From IMG/VR virus record IMGVR_UViG_3300035665_000019: a DNA stretch of 64,000 bases, one strand, 5' to 3'. This document shows positions 54,301 to 60,274 of this stretch, one piece after another. The position numbers and the translations under genes were made by a program. The notes beneath the pieces are model-generated. The model had not been told where the DNA came from. It did no database searches and worked only from the letters and a program-made list of their open reading frames with translations. The DNA comes from an uncultured virus (IMG/VR IMGVR_UViG_3300035665_000019). Lineage: Duplodnaviria; Heunggongvirae; Uroviricota; Caudoviricetes. How positions within the stretch are numbered: position 1 is the stretch's first letter; each line of letters begins with the position of its first letter.

Positions 54301-56340
54301 AGCAAATCTTTGTCTTCTGAGCCTATTACCAGATCTAATACTACCACCATTACTATATTTATTCATTCCATATAATTGATCTGCCCCTAGTGTCTCAACA
54401 GCCTTTTTTCTAATAACAAATTCGCCAGGGGTTAACATTGCTGGTACAGTATCTCTATTTCCTTGTCCAGGGACAAGTCCGCCTCTAGCAAAACCTGTTC
54501 CTCCTGGCCTGGATACAATTGTTGCGTTAAGGTCTACTACTGAAGTATTCAATACGGATATCTGTGAGACTAATCCGGCTATACTATTAGTAGATAATGC
54601 TTGTATAGCATTTGTTAAGGGGTCAATGGATCCCTGTAAACTATCTAAAGAAGTTGTTACATCTTGCAAGGATGAACGGAAATCGTCTCTACCGCCACCT
54701 CCTCCACCACCGCCGCCTCTTCCTCCTCGTCCACCACCTCCGCCGCCAGCACCACCTCCGCCACCGCCACCTCCAGCATCGCCACCAACACCAGGCCTTA
54801 ATCCTCCTATAAATCCACCAATAAAGTTGGTTAATGCTCTTCCTCCTCTAACAGCAGCTATCGCTGTTATTATTGGTAGTAACGGCTGAGCAACATCTGC
54901 GAGTCTTATTAAAACATTAGTTAGTGTGAGTCCAAGCTTAACTAAATTCTGAAAACTATTACTTTGACCAATCTCTCTAATTAATGCAACAAAGTTTTCT
55001 CTGGTTTTAGTAAATTGTACAGCTAATGACTGTTGGGCCTTAACAGCATCTAGAGTTAAACTAGAAGATCCTCTTTGAGCAACAGCAAGTGCCTGTTGTG
55101 CTGTTCCAAACTGTTGAATAAGAGGTAGAACCTTACCAATTTGTCTAAAGCCACCAAGTTCTTCTACTATTCTAGAAAACTTTACATCTCTTGGATCTAG
55201 ACTATTTAATCCTTCGCTAAGTAATTGAACAGCTTTGTATGCTCCGACGAATTTACCCTCAACATCTTGTAGATTAACTCCGTATTCTTTTAGTGCTTCT
55301 ATGGTTCCTTCTCTTTGAATTCTAGTAAAAATTGTTCTCAATCCTGTTGCAATAGTCTCGGCACTTTCACGAGTTGTTGCTCTTACGCTAGTAAATACAG
55401 CAATGAATTCGTTAAGAGCATCTGTTCCTTCGCTAACTCCTTTACTTGCACTAGCGAACACACCACCAGTACGCTGAATAGCAGTAATAATATCACTAGA
55501 TTCGACTGCAAATGCTGCGGCCACAGAATTAACAGAACCCAAAGCAGATTGAAGTTGTCCAGCGCTAATACCGAACTGTCTCATCAAAGCAATAGAACCT
55601 TCCACTGTTTCATTAAGATCATCAAACGACGGAGCCAAAGCAGTTAAAGCCAATGCTCTTAATGCCTTTTCTGTTTCACCAGCACTAAGTCCTGCTTGAG
55701 CAAGAGTATCTGCTATTGTGATCAAGCTAGATGAACTAACTCCAAGATTGGTTGATAAATCAGTAATAGTATCGGTTATTCTTCCTAAACTTTTATATGA
55801 TTCTCCAGTGATCTGTGTTAATCTTACTAATTGTCTATCAAAGTCTATAAACTCTCTGGTTGCGCTAGTAACAGCATTTACTAATCCATAAATAACACTT
55901 GTTGAAACACTAAATGCAGCAAATCTTCTAACAGCTAGTCCTGCTTGTCTTCCGAATTCTTCCATCTCAGAAGTTGCTGCTCTTGTGGCTCTTGCGGCAG
56001 CAGTAACATCTCTAGCAGCCGCTCCCACATTAGTTGTTAGATCTCTTAAACCATTGCCAGCTCCATTAAGAGCATTACGTAAATTATTAATTGTTCCAGC
56101 TAAAGTATTAATATTAGCATTTGCTCTAACGGCATTTGCTGCAGTTGCCGCTAGAGTAGTATTTAGTCTTTGCAAAGAAGCATTTGCAGTATCAATTGAT
56201 CTTTGTGCATTTCTATCAATACGAACATTAACATTCGCTGTGATATTACCCAGCTGTCTTCTAATATCATTAATAACTGGCCTAAGATTAGAAGGTCCTC
56301 TTAGGTTTAATTCAGCAGTAAGATTGAAAGCTCTTGCCAT
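42394..56340 (-). CDS. Tail tape measure protein, 4648 aa, with embedded enzyme-like cargo modules
   Basis: N-terminal TMP core (FDRQLVRLTQITG...LGVSSSSLITIADTLAQAG; ESAETIATGLRTIFTRI). Gly/Ala hydrophobic segments at ~49200-49900, long coiled-coil regions and four DTVPAxLTPGEFV motifs. GAGG SD at 56347-56350. Lies downstream of the tube and chaperone genes. Confidence 0.92.
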   Translation of the reverse strand: MARAFNLTAELNLRGPSNLRPVINDIRRQLGNITANVNVRIDRNAQRSIDTANASLQRLNTTLAATAANAVRANANINTLAGTINNLRNALNGAGNGLRDLTTNVGAAARDVTAAARATRAATSEMEEFGRQAGLAVRRFAAFSVSTSVIYGLVNAVTSATREFIDFDRQLVRLTQITGESYKSLGRITDTITDLSTNLGVSSSSLITIADTLAQAGLSAGETEKALRALALTALAPSFDDLNETVEGSIALMRQFGISAGQLQSALGSVNSVAAAFAVESSDIITAIQRTGGVFASASKGVSEGTDALNEFIAVFTSVRATTRESAETIATGLRTIFTRIQREGTIEALKEYGVNLQDVEGKFVGAYKAVQLLSEGLNSLDPRDVKFSRIVEELGGFRQIGKVLPLIQQFGTAQQALAVAQRGSSSLTLDAVKAQQSLAVQFTKTRENFVALIREIGQSNSFQNLVKLGLTLTNVLIRLADVAQPLLPIITAIAAVRGGRALTNFIGGFIGGLRPGVGGDAGGGGGGGGAGGGGGGRGGRGGGGGGGGGRDDFRSSLQDVTTSLDSLQGSIDPLTNAIQALSTNSIAGLVSQISVLNTSVVDLNATIVSRPGGTGFARGGLVPGQGNRDTVPAMLTPGEFVIRKKAVETLGADQLYGMNKYSNGGSIRSGNRLRRQRFAKGGKAAKLASIDGDFRAVDGDTFDATVTPTGDQFTARFRVAEFDTYETRGKSSLVSTDRAKKIMSLNPKEPPLQESSGRYKVPKNYRVTSRNETAATAAAEATKQLQSKLDQFVGTAAADKTVPGGGGVGRYLAKTGFSIDDEYTTGRKWDEDGNELNIGGIVKKFALGGKVRRNVGYIDYDVIANEANKSIVEKGMSELGVTGPRLYTDALTKLAVSSRKAGDLDKLKAIYGVAGSGKTTLARGQGTDKGSLRETTRFPILGPDDIKKANEILILSSSVSKSKMEDFFTEVDRVYALSSSTKSEQEKVMAQRLGRDISGIGLEGRAPGTTGSASSDTTVGEALLSQLGKKSVVLGRGDSGNLRRKQGQELVEVIKKKLAFTWGGFAPTTAGHESIMDAAAAMGFAPEDFIALVGANEGIKAGDPSSYRTAVFDQDFRVLLAKAGFGAKGATVLPKPRDFEVPQGFDISEGTGRRKVILPQKGSRAFVADKTPEQMAKYKDAGYDVTNLERTGGISGTMVRDLIMSGKIDQLQDVLSPGVYDIISKNLPILQNRANVLPEIIKQVQASQQSSVDAVEKQITDIGIKRINRKQAESDPEYAAKIALLEELRKKKTKLQSAGAFEPYRLLDKLASDQPDKYGLKFAQGGLIQKFMAGEMVQKLPAPARKIIDALGGLEPAAKIGGVRSTEILEILKKKVVNQSQKTIQDKILAQYAEVIGAEQQAMDQAMKFGLVGLFGETKVGTNDQGRTIYDPKWDYSKQFGPEDIGGRNTTIIARGLRSQYAEAVYQMQREIFGVNENFARNLETAGGFGAQSLANIQGPAVKAGQAGIEGAMIELVLARLGAPLRENAPANRPIDYPDGLGDAAKFFGIDPDMPTEVKRTINGDSLARTREEIERYYKEVLQVFATGGKVKLYHGSNTGINDSVLNSFKEKGALSNIAKGYGQGEGFYLYTEKNKAQQQANMRVNGGSNFTVAQGDRSGKPMVLTFNEQLSPKDYDLDYELQKGLVVQWMHDNYDTLKDKYAPTENQTGLKGKFDKNPDAGMMSVGVSIQEGSQTLKSEDGTEFTLPGGSRKSIYAGSGGDVREGALLGQLMSRIQSGDPELVNSFESKLFEKPLGLALKYVGSSPLKPSNIETFADGGSVEGQKKEKNFGKIGIKNNGSEIIAAYLGTKDRSGMVSAKKMADNLYTVGLSKASEGYGPKLYDIVMEAATANGGMLAPDRNIVSDAAKGVWSYYFNNRSDVRKTPLDRNQWTQNSALIDPKLLGDKNTWPPYSDPAWILQSGYSKNSELLNSSDIVNLNDDKYKSFLQSQQLSFFAQGGSVEDTVPALLTPGEFVINKKAAQKIGYGKLKKLNHADKIQGYNRGGIVHRFADGDVVPPSGPGSGGDSDPTIRDLMERIRQLSEVIDRLSATVRDSSDTRERTPAERPERRPRTREEILDRYGSRVINNSFRSMDRFTTRLNVLTGVVGVAANFLAETIGEKSAVGAVVQSFANSITTASGTVYSAAGAIKGAYEVLPEGVQELVRQRIGSFTAGGGFGTTGVQAAGGAAAGLAIAAATIYAGIEAFKAYNDAIRKQTEEIAKNNMTQGLEEFDKALELYTKNTTDNAFALKVAGEQLAKATSAALTIVNLNKTNPDRGYASIIGENIGTVGGGLVGGAVGGATAGATIGTVIFPGVGTVIGALLGTAIGATAGYASDQAVAYFSGRGGQEQISQRSEIANRFGTGAYTQSLFDSNTQTNLSRSLASVQAAETAATLTPVRQRQDQYFEQLFKSGVSESEIQSAPEWQQQAELIARSNAATEEQLRLIDADLSVSKELRDAKKQEIIASTASAELRKQAEQVRIQREQERAADESKSYMVSLERSFQNMEQAMDSTSYSIDKLRSSAELSAAALQGQAKIGKVTLDAIDVIRNPNVASRQEKTQAYGLAGSLMGSQGKSVTGLLEYGSNIEGRILSSINNALAENSKGSSEKIGAAVNRSVANEIEGLDIGDSLKQKLASQTSAAVSKMRTDGDEKIDFDDLADKVPGLAKVVDATKRAQEMAVKRLEFFQQSLNEYSESINSLAELQYNIGERLRRVNNLRIKSEEDLSRALGKSTSFEATKSNVRSNVQSLAGTTDPRQIFENLANLEQQRQQQQSRVTSAANRGAVQEYVVMTNQLKTTTLQMRENHAALKELAESSDVASAALNKINDIQQQNAARTNILERYVTSTPQEQNQLSSAFERLQNNMDGATNSMWDSVNVQKAYRDSLTSGSTQAEAMNKAQEAAAQDRKETLDAFNMIAPLLGDQQNELKANVLESMMRESGVQMSPLFEKALQGLRNPERDPQMDAAIKEYQEANRLQQEANVYLAMLDGKVAQDMATKSDELLRTSLATVTQKFELAESSDVKNKINSIDSRLRDGIKVFPQGNIGGGSSDDVTTAAKGGYITYKAVGGSIFKPKGTDTVPAMLTPGEFVVNRSATQKHGSLLESINSGQFAKGGKVTYRAAGGIVGDVKSPHLKDFSDPYEDLRGQPLTGSFFSKLGSSDDVAKNLLDLEQGFGALQGYQASAYPTFNNSGSTADGLDKQSTTKWIKDNRSPTGGKLGWFPDLTVFHGSAGNLGYLPIFWGANAIAGATGATVTANRKSLQKQMVTKDLLDLGNPDIFDVLNDRSASGKGPRARTTLLSEDQAKLQKEKLTSIFDQVDKGLSDVKQKEINLSKDGGAINSAANIGQYGASFRKYGLILGSSIPDKYMGLSFNKPNTSIDQSLVGGNLSEPSFSVTKYGYATSSTSPLANSTNTAVISGGIQTIPTEDQLKSFTDKYKSVIQVEEWRAYIDKLDKDKSRSTTPIEEQTNARNKALRKLINNQITHIQLKEEDLSDEFKKMAGIDGDFEKLDVYSEAFKGRWPNTESMKTNFGIKDEDLKKYWQTGANDKLFTLQYSKKLRNLLTGAEFDQQYTKGLPWSWGENSIFTAETMEAVKKEMALSSGASSFKVIPKVFSKSYTDTRDPNQYTAKIKFPYDSLSSLLFDKDSMDYTAQSLTALVPWWENQQKIDPFSINPFVGLAQPNAVIPAYQDEKSMEKFVKYWVEKEIFNKPSIYLPLSPIKLPTALDKFVGSVNNTTQFDREVTDSEGGKNFEQGNYVPENAEVADISNALFKKYEYIYAKRSQDTSANNESKLRENLLQYNLASSLGKSLLKKDGLKLPLWDPDQAFVTADPVWQAVKDTAPDLGVDGYRNAAEWKRSYILAAAGTIADPPDKIKADEDIFPAQNYIAWIRAKTVEAYSANEESQDKYKQSGGVNISSLGKLVSAWRFMEESRTAGGSATSYKDDNSPKDNPFSKRLYNRYEKDLKKFTKKVTLQAPDRNKKGDKPWERDYDDTGAGLERTYWDNAKLASDAGFVQTVLSEQEGKIDDRRARTLLSYRRGYKKDSVQPEEQAILDAYGTMVDKKGREDIAFDLTTGGANEAKAPTTFTGPGGVYEQMMDQYQVMQIGRRSMLRALIEDRARSNFDAPNFENSGYEEWWEDMSNDLEYIEEYLSARDYMLLKATSSAELYNPAVGAAVQAKISQVSGGLPDFLLNAMPGLTGGADYNSLYGTVVDNMALSAQEFVDSITGPRPVDPSNPTLGTLTDDQAQRVNELRKLIATEFGQTRDIKPSVYTQEIFDMYKTYIEDNYNNANKAYSKLNEGTMLQPPNEIWDRSDLVVLADKASANSPNTFRAFYLASVGAGKNLAELKKDEMQGFGGLLPSAQKGAEALGMSSAEPDKKSQPQTRASGGLIYNQSYKPNNIDWSAKGTDTVPAMLTPGEFVINKDSSQRYMPILEAINQGNYTQGNIVQYASRGGTIRPIYRNMGGIVGGNQQQGVLNSYIGLDEKSIAALRDFTAKFDQFAKQLLELRLPTIGIDSTSLGALTTFSNRFDEFSKSLLKLNIPPVITINAKHDVNVNINGASVFNNLNAYVSDIVKSEIDKAFSQLAKVSENAINLYGS

Positions 56341-56350
56341 GTCCTACCTC

Positions 56351-56390
56351 AAAAAGCAAACACCAACAGCATAACAGCTATTGGTGTTGC
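56351..56390 (-). terminator. Intrinsic terminator-like hairpin immediately upstream of the TMP RBS
   Basis: Minus strand reads AACACCAATAGC-TGTTAT-GCTGTTGGTGTT-TGCTTTTT-GAGG: a 12-bp stem (one U-G pair), a 6-nt loop and a U-tract. Confidence 0.65.
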
Positions 56391-56421
56391 ATATAGTGAA
56401 CTGATTCCTGAACTAAAAAAA

Positions 56422-57330
56422 CTACTCTGTCTCTGAAGAAGTTTCTGTATTTGGAAGAATCTTTGGTGGCACTGGTGCTGGCTCTGATTCTGCTGTAACG
56501 GTTTCTGGTTTTGGTTCATCTTTTTTATCTTCATCTAGGACTACTGGATTTCCGTCATCATCTAAAAATGGTTTAGTTTCTACAATGTATTCGCCCTCTT
56601 TGTCCACTCTGTTTCCAAATTTGTCAACAAAGTTACCACTCTCATCAATAAACCTACCGTTTTCATCAACAAGCCTACCCTCATTATCTGTTAATCTACC
56701 CTTTTTATCAATAAATCTTAATTTATCATCAATAAATTTATATTTCTTTAAAAACTTATTTTCTGGTAAATTATTTTCGTAATCATTATCCAAACCATAC
56801 AACATTGCGGCTAAATTTTGAGCACCAAGTACTGCTGCTTCCTCATTGGCCCTATTCAAATAGTCCTCCATATTCTTAAAATATGGATCCTTATTATCAT
56901 TATTATACACCACACAAGCAGATACCAAGTAGTTGAAACGAGCATTGTCTGCTTGTCCTTCGGCGCTATGATTGTCTAAAGAAGTTTTAACGGCTATTAG
57001 AGATCTAATTTCATCTCTGTATTGTCTCATTTTAATAGCAGCTTCTCTAGCTTGCCTCAATGGAATACCTCCGCGAGCTAACTGCCTTTCAGATTCAAGA
57101 AGTTCCTGCTGTAATTCAGCAAACTTAGCCTGTTTATCTTGATTCCATAAACCTTGATCTTCTAATAGATCATCCATCTTTGCTCTAACAACACATTTAG
57201 ATTTAATAGCGTCTGTAAAAGCCTGATTATAAACCTTTTGAGCCTCTCTTTGATCATTAATAGATGGAGTACGAACCATTAGCTCTGTATCTTTCTCATT
57301 AACAGTAATCTTGAAAGTTTTAGTTTTCAT
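56422..57330 (-). CDS. Putative tail assembly chaperone, 302 aa, with DxxG heptad repeats
   Basis: Directly upstream of the TMP. Helical N-terminus, repeats DKKGRLT/DNEGRLV/DENGRFI/DESGNFV/DKFGNRV/DKEGEYI and an acidic tail. Confidence 0.6.
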   Translation of the reverse strand: MKTKTFKITVNEKDTELMVRTPSINDQREAQKVYNQAFTDAIKSKCVVRAKMDDLLEDQGLWNQDKQAKFAELQQELLESERQLARGGIPLRQAREAAIKMRQYRDEIRSLIAVKTSLDNHSAEGQADNARFNYLVSACVVYNNDNKDPYFKNMEDYLNRANEEAAVLGAQNLAAMLYGLDNDYENNLPENKFLKKYKFIDDKLRFIDKKGRLTDNEGRLVDENGRFIDESGNFVDKFGNRVDKEGEYIVETKPFLDDDGNPVVLDEDKKDEPKPETVTAESEPAPVPPKILPNTETSSETE

Positions 57331-57646
57331 TTCTATAGTCTCCTTCGTTGTTTCTCTGATTTGAATTCATATAAAATTTATAGTGATACTTAGTCTTTGG
57401 CGAAGACTGTTGAAAAAACTTGTCAAGGTCTGCTAGTACATTTCTTAACTGATTATTACCGTTATTTAATATAGCAACTCTCGTTTTTTCCCACAAGTTA
57501 CTAAAATATAACTCTTTCTCTGTTAAGTCCTCATTTTTATCTATTCCCCATAAATAACCAAAATTTTCTTCAAACTTTGCCAAAGCTCCTATCATTGTTG
57601 TTTGTATTTTTTTCTCTACATTTGCATAGATATCATCATTTTTCAT
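57320..57646 (-). CDS. Hypothetical protein, 108 aa
   Basis: ORF in the tail operon with a GAGG SD. Overlaps the downstream gene by 11 nt. Confidence 0.75.
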   Translation of the reverse strand: MKNDDIYANVEKKIQTTMIGALAKFEENFGYLWGIDKNEDLTEKELYFSNLWEKTRVAILNNGNNQLRNVLADLDKFFQQSSPKTKYHYKFYMNSNQRNNEGDYRNEN

Positions 57647-57649
57647 ATA

Positions 57650-58696
57650 TTACCTCTTTGATCTAGATTGCTCCATTTTCTGTAATGCTTCTGCTCTAAC
57701 ATCTGGTAACTCATGTTCATGAACTGTTTTATTAGCAGATACTATAGCAAATTTTTCTTTCATTCTATTTTTAGATTCCATACTATTAGCGGTATAAATT
57801 TGATCATATTCTTCTTTTGATGATGCTACCATATATACTTCTGAAGCTTTACTCATATTTTTACTAACCATAGCATCTGCTTTGCTCTTATTTTTTTCAG
57901 CTTCATTTTTACGCTTTTGAAAAATCATCCAACCCTCAAGAGCATCGTCATCATCTATTATATCTTGACTAGGACATTCTGGATGTTCCATAACAGAATC
58001 ATACATACGAGTAATATTAATTAATGCTCTTTGTTCATCTGTCCATGAGCATGATGAACCAGGAAAAATATTTGCTTTATTTCCAGAGGTCCAATATGAT
58101 TTCCATGATTCTGACCTAGCTAGCTTTTTAAGAACATCAACAGATGGTATAAATCCAACCAATTCCGCAGCGACATCATTTAAAAAAGAAGCGCTCTGTG
58201 AACATATCTTTTTGTTTCTAAAAACTTTTTTATTATTAATAGTATATAAACTATTCATGATAATATATTCATTCCTAATTCTACCAGCATAAGCTTCCAG
58301 CGTATGATCATCCATAGAGTGTTTTGTTGTTATAAGCTTAACTCTATTTTTATTAGTATTATTTATTTGCTTTTTTAATTCTTTTCTTTTTGATACTTGT
58401 ATAAAATTTTGAAATAGTTCCACTTTAAGATTTTCCAGTTTTTTATCCAGATTTTTTATTACGTCATCATCTGATATGTGCCACAAACCATTTTCTATAA
58501 GAATTACTTCTGTGTCTTTTAATAATATCCAATCATTATATAGATTATCTTTGATAGTCTCTTGATAAATAGTATCCGCCATTTGAATAGTAACAGTATC
58601 TGGAGGTCGCAGAATATATTTCTTCCCATTCAGTGAGAAGATTGTTATTCCAGATATTATTCTCGATAGTAATAGATCCTGATCTGTCCTTATCAT
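57650..58696 (-). CDS. Hypothetical protein (possible tail chaperone), 348 aa
   Basis: Helical, charged ORF between the tube and TMP genes. Motif YDSVMEHPECPSQDIIDDDDALEGW. Confidence 0.6.
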   Translation of the reverse strand: MIRTDQDLLLSRIISGITIFSLNGKKYILRPPDTVTIQMADTIYQETIKDNLYNDWILLKDTEVILIENGLWHISDDDVIKNLDKKLENLKVELFQNFIQVSKRKELKKQINNTNKNRVKLITTKHSMDDHTLEAYAGRIRNEYIIMNSLYTINNKKVFRNKKICSQSASFLNDVAAELVGFIPSVDVLKKLARSESWKSYWTSGNKANIFPGSSCSWTDEQRALINITRMYDSVMEHPECPSQDIIDDDDALEGWMIFQKRKNEAEKNKSKADAMVSKNMSKASEVYMVASSKEEYDQIYTANSMESKNRMKEKFAIVSANKTVHEHELPDVRAEALQKMEQSRSKR

Positions 58697-58699
58697 TCA

Positions 58700-58843
58700 T
58701 TATTCTTTGTCCTGGAGTAATTTCTTGAGCTTTTCTAATTCTTGCTCTTGATCTTTTATTTTTTCCTGATATTTTTCTATTGCTTTATGAGCCTGAAAAA
58801 CATCTATATATAATTTACCTATAATATTAAATATTTCTTCCAT
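58700..58843 (-). CDS. Small coiled-coil protein, 47 aa (not in ORF track)
   Basis: My translation is MEEIFNIIGKLYIDVFQAHKAIEKYQEKIKDQEQELEKLKKLLQDKE*. It has an AAGGA SD upstream and fills the gap between two genes. Confidence 0.75.
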   Translation of the reverse strand: MEEIFNIIGKLYIDVFQAHKAIEKYQEKIKDQEQELEKLKKLLQDKE

Positions 58844-58906
58844 ATTATTTTTCCTTTATCCTTTGTTGAACTTATTATAATCGTTCCAATATCTTCTTTA
58901 TATTAC

Positions 58907-60211
58907 TTATGAACCAGCACCAGAATAAGTACCAGTACCAGTACTACCAGGACCATTATTACCGGCTGTGCCGGTACCGTTCTCAGCTACTGTTATAGTT
59001 GCTGTACCAAGACCACTAACCGTTCTTCCACAAGGATTATTCTGACTTCCGAGGTAAGGAGCGCTAGCAATACTACTATAAATTTCTGTTCCCTGATTGA
59101 TGAAGCATGTGTTATATCCTGTGAAACTATAGGTTATGGTAACGTTACCACCACCAGTATCTCCACCACTATAGTTAACACTGGTTAGTCTGTTATTTGT
59201 TCCAAGATAAAAATTCATACCACCAGCATCGCCTTCTAACGTAGGTCCGCAAATTCTTAATAGAATTGCGCGCTTACGACCATTTCTCAAGCCAGCATTA
59301 CACTTGGCCTCAGCAAAGTTAGTAGCACTAACATCATAATCTGTTGCTAATACTTCGAATTCGCTTGTAACTTCTAGTGGTACTGTTACTAAACGAGTAT
59401 AAGGATTACGATTACCAAGCTCATTTAATGGTTCACGACCAAGGTCGCAACTAATTGTTAAACTTGTAATGTGTGGAGTAACATACTTACTACCATCATA
59501 AGGAACAATAATGCCACCGTCCCAGCTGGTTAATCCGCTTGGCAACACTGATTTACTTAAATCAATATTTTGACGACGAGCAATACCAGTAGCTCTTAGA
59601 TTATTAAAAGCACCACCAAAAGCTGTTCCAGGAGCTGGGGGAAGAACACCATCTGAAGCACTTCCAGGAAGAGTATTAGCAGTTAAACTTGCTGAATTTG
59701 CTAGCCAAACTTTATTATTTCCTACTAGTGTTACTTCTTCTGTGAAATTTCCATCAGTAACAAGATTATATGTGAAAGAAGACAAATACATTCCTGTCAT
59801 CTCTACTCTATATGGCATTGCGCCAGAAACGTTCTGAAAATCAATATCATTACCAACGAATAATCTAGCGTTGCATCTGCGACTAGCAAGAGCCAAAATA
59901 TTTTGTCCAGTTGTGGTCTTGCCATTTCCGCCCATCGCTAAAACATATAAAGGATAGCGATAGTCAATAACTTTATTTACTGTGACTTCGATTTCTGGAT
60001 TATCATCCAAAACGTCGTACTGATCGAATTCACCTAACTGGAAAACGTTTTCTAGATTGAAATTGGTTGAGATTCCAACGCTTTGAACACCAGTGACAGT
60101 TTCCCATGCGCTTACTGCTTCTGGACTACCAGAATCTATACCAGGACCATTAACACCCTGTAACTGAAGACCTTGTATTGCATAGTAAATTCTATTAGAG
60201 CTTTTTGGCAT
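58907..60211 (-). CDS. Putative major tail tube protein, 434 aa
   Basis: Strong GAGGTG SD and its own promoter-like motif. Two tube-like halves (VQSVGISTNFNLENVFQLG...PEIEVTV and ITSLTISCDLGREPLNELG...PLEVTSEF). Canonical position before the chaperones and TMP. Confidence 0.7.
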   Translation of the reverse strand: MPKSSNRIYYAIQGLQLQGVNGPGIDSGSPEAVSAWETVTGVQSVGISTNFNLENVFQLGEFDQYDVLDDNPEIEVTVNKVIDYRYPLYVLAMGGNGKTTTGQNILALASRRCNARLFVGNDIDFQNVSGAMPYRVEMTGMYLSSFTYNLVTDGNFTEEVTLVGNNKVWLANSASLTANTLPGSASDGVLPPAPGTAFGGAFNNLRATGIARRQNIDLSKSVLPSGLTSWDGGIIVPYDGSKYVTPHITSLTISCDLGREPLNELGNRNPYTRLVTVPLEVTSEFEVLATDYDVSATNFAEAKCNAGLRNGRKRAILLRICGPTLEGDAGGMNFYLGTNNRLTSVNYSGGDTGGGNVTITYSFTGYNTCFINQGTEIYSSIASAPYLGSQNNPCGRTVSGLGTATITVAENGTGTAGNNGPGSTGTGTYSGAGS

Positions 60212-60251
60212 TTCTACACCTCGTTGGAATGTATTTTGTAAGATGTTACAG

Positions 60252-60265
60252 TTATAAATTACACC
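60252..60265 (-). promoter_or_regulatory. Putative late-promoter motif GGTGTAATTTATAA
   Basis: Intergenic copy upstream of the tail tube gene. Confidence 0.55.
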
Positions 60266-60274
60266 AAGGTTTGA

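Noticed and set aside
54612..54889. Pro-rich and His/Arg-rich plus-strand ORFs
   Set aside because: Antisense to the poly-Gly linker of the TMP.
56349..56534. Programmed frameshift product of the tail chaperone (lambda G/GT type)
   Set aside because: An overlapping alternative frame exists, but the obvious T7 slippery run lies just after the TAG stop. The extension would be short and would run through the terminator hairpin.
60214..60222. Fifth GGTGTA promoter copy
   Set aside because: It is part of the SD (GAGGTG) just before the tube gene ATG and lacks the downstream T-WAW element.
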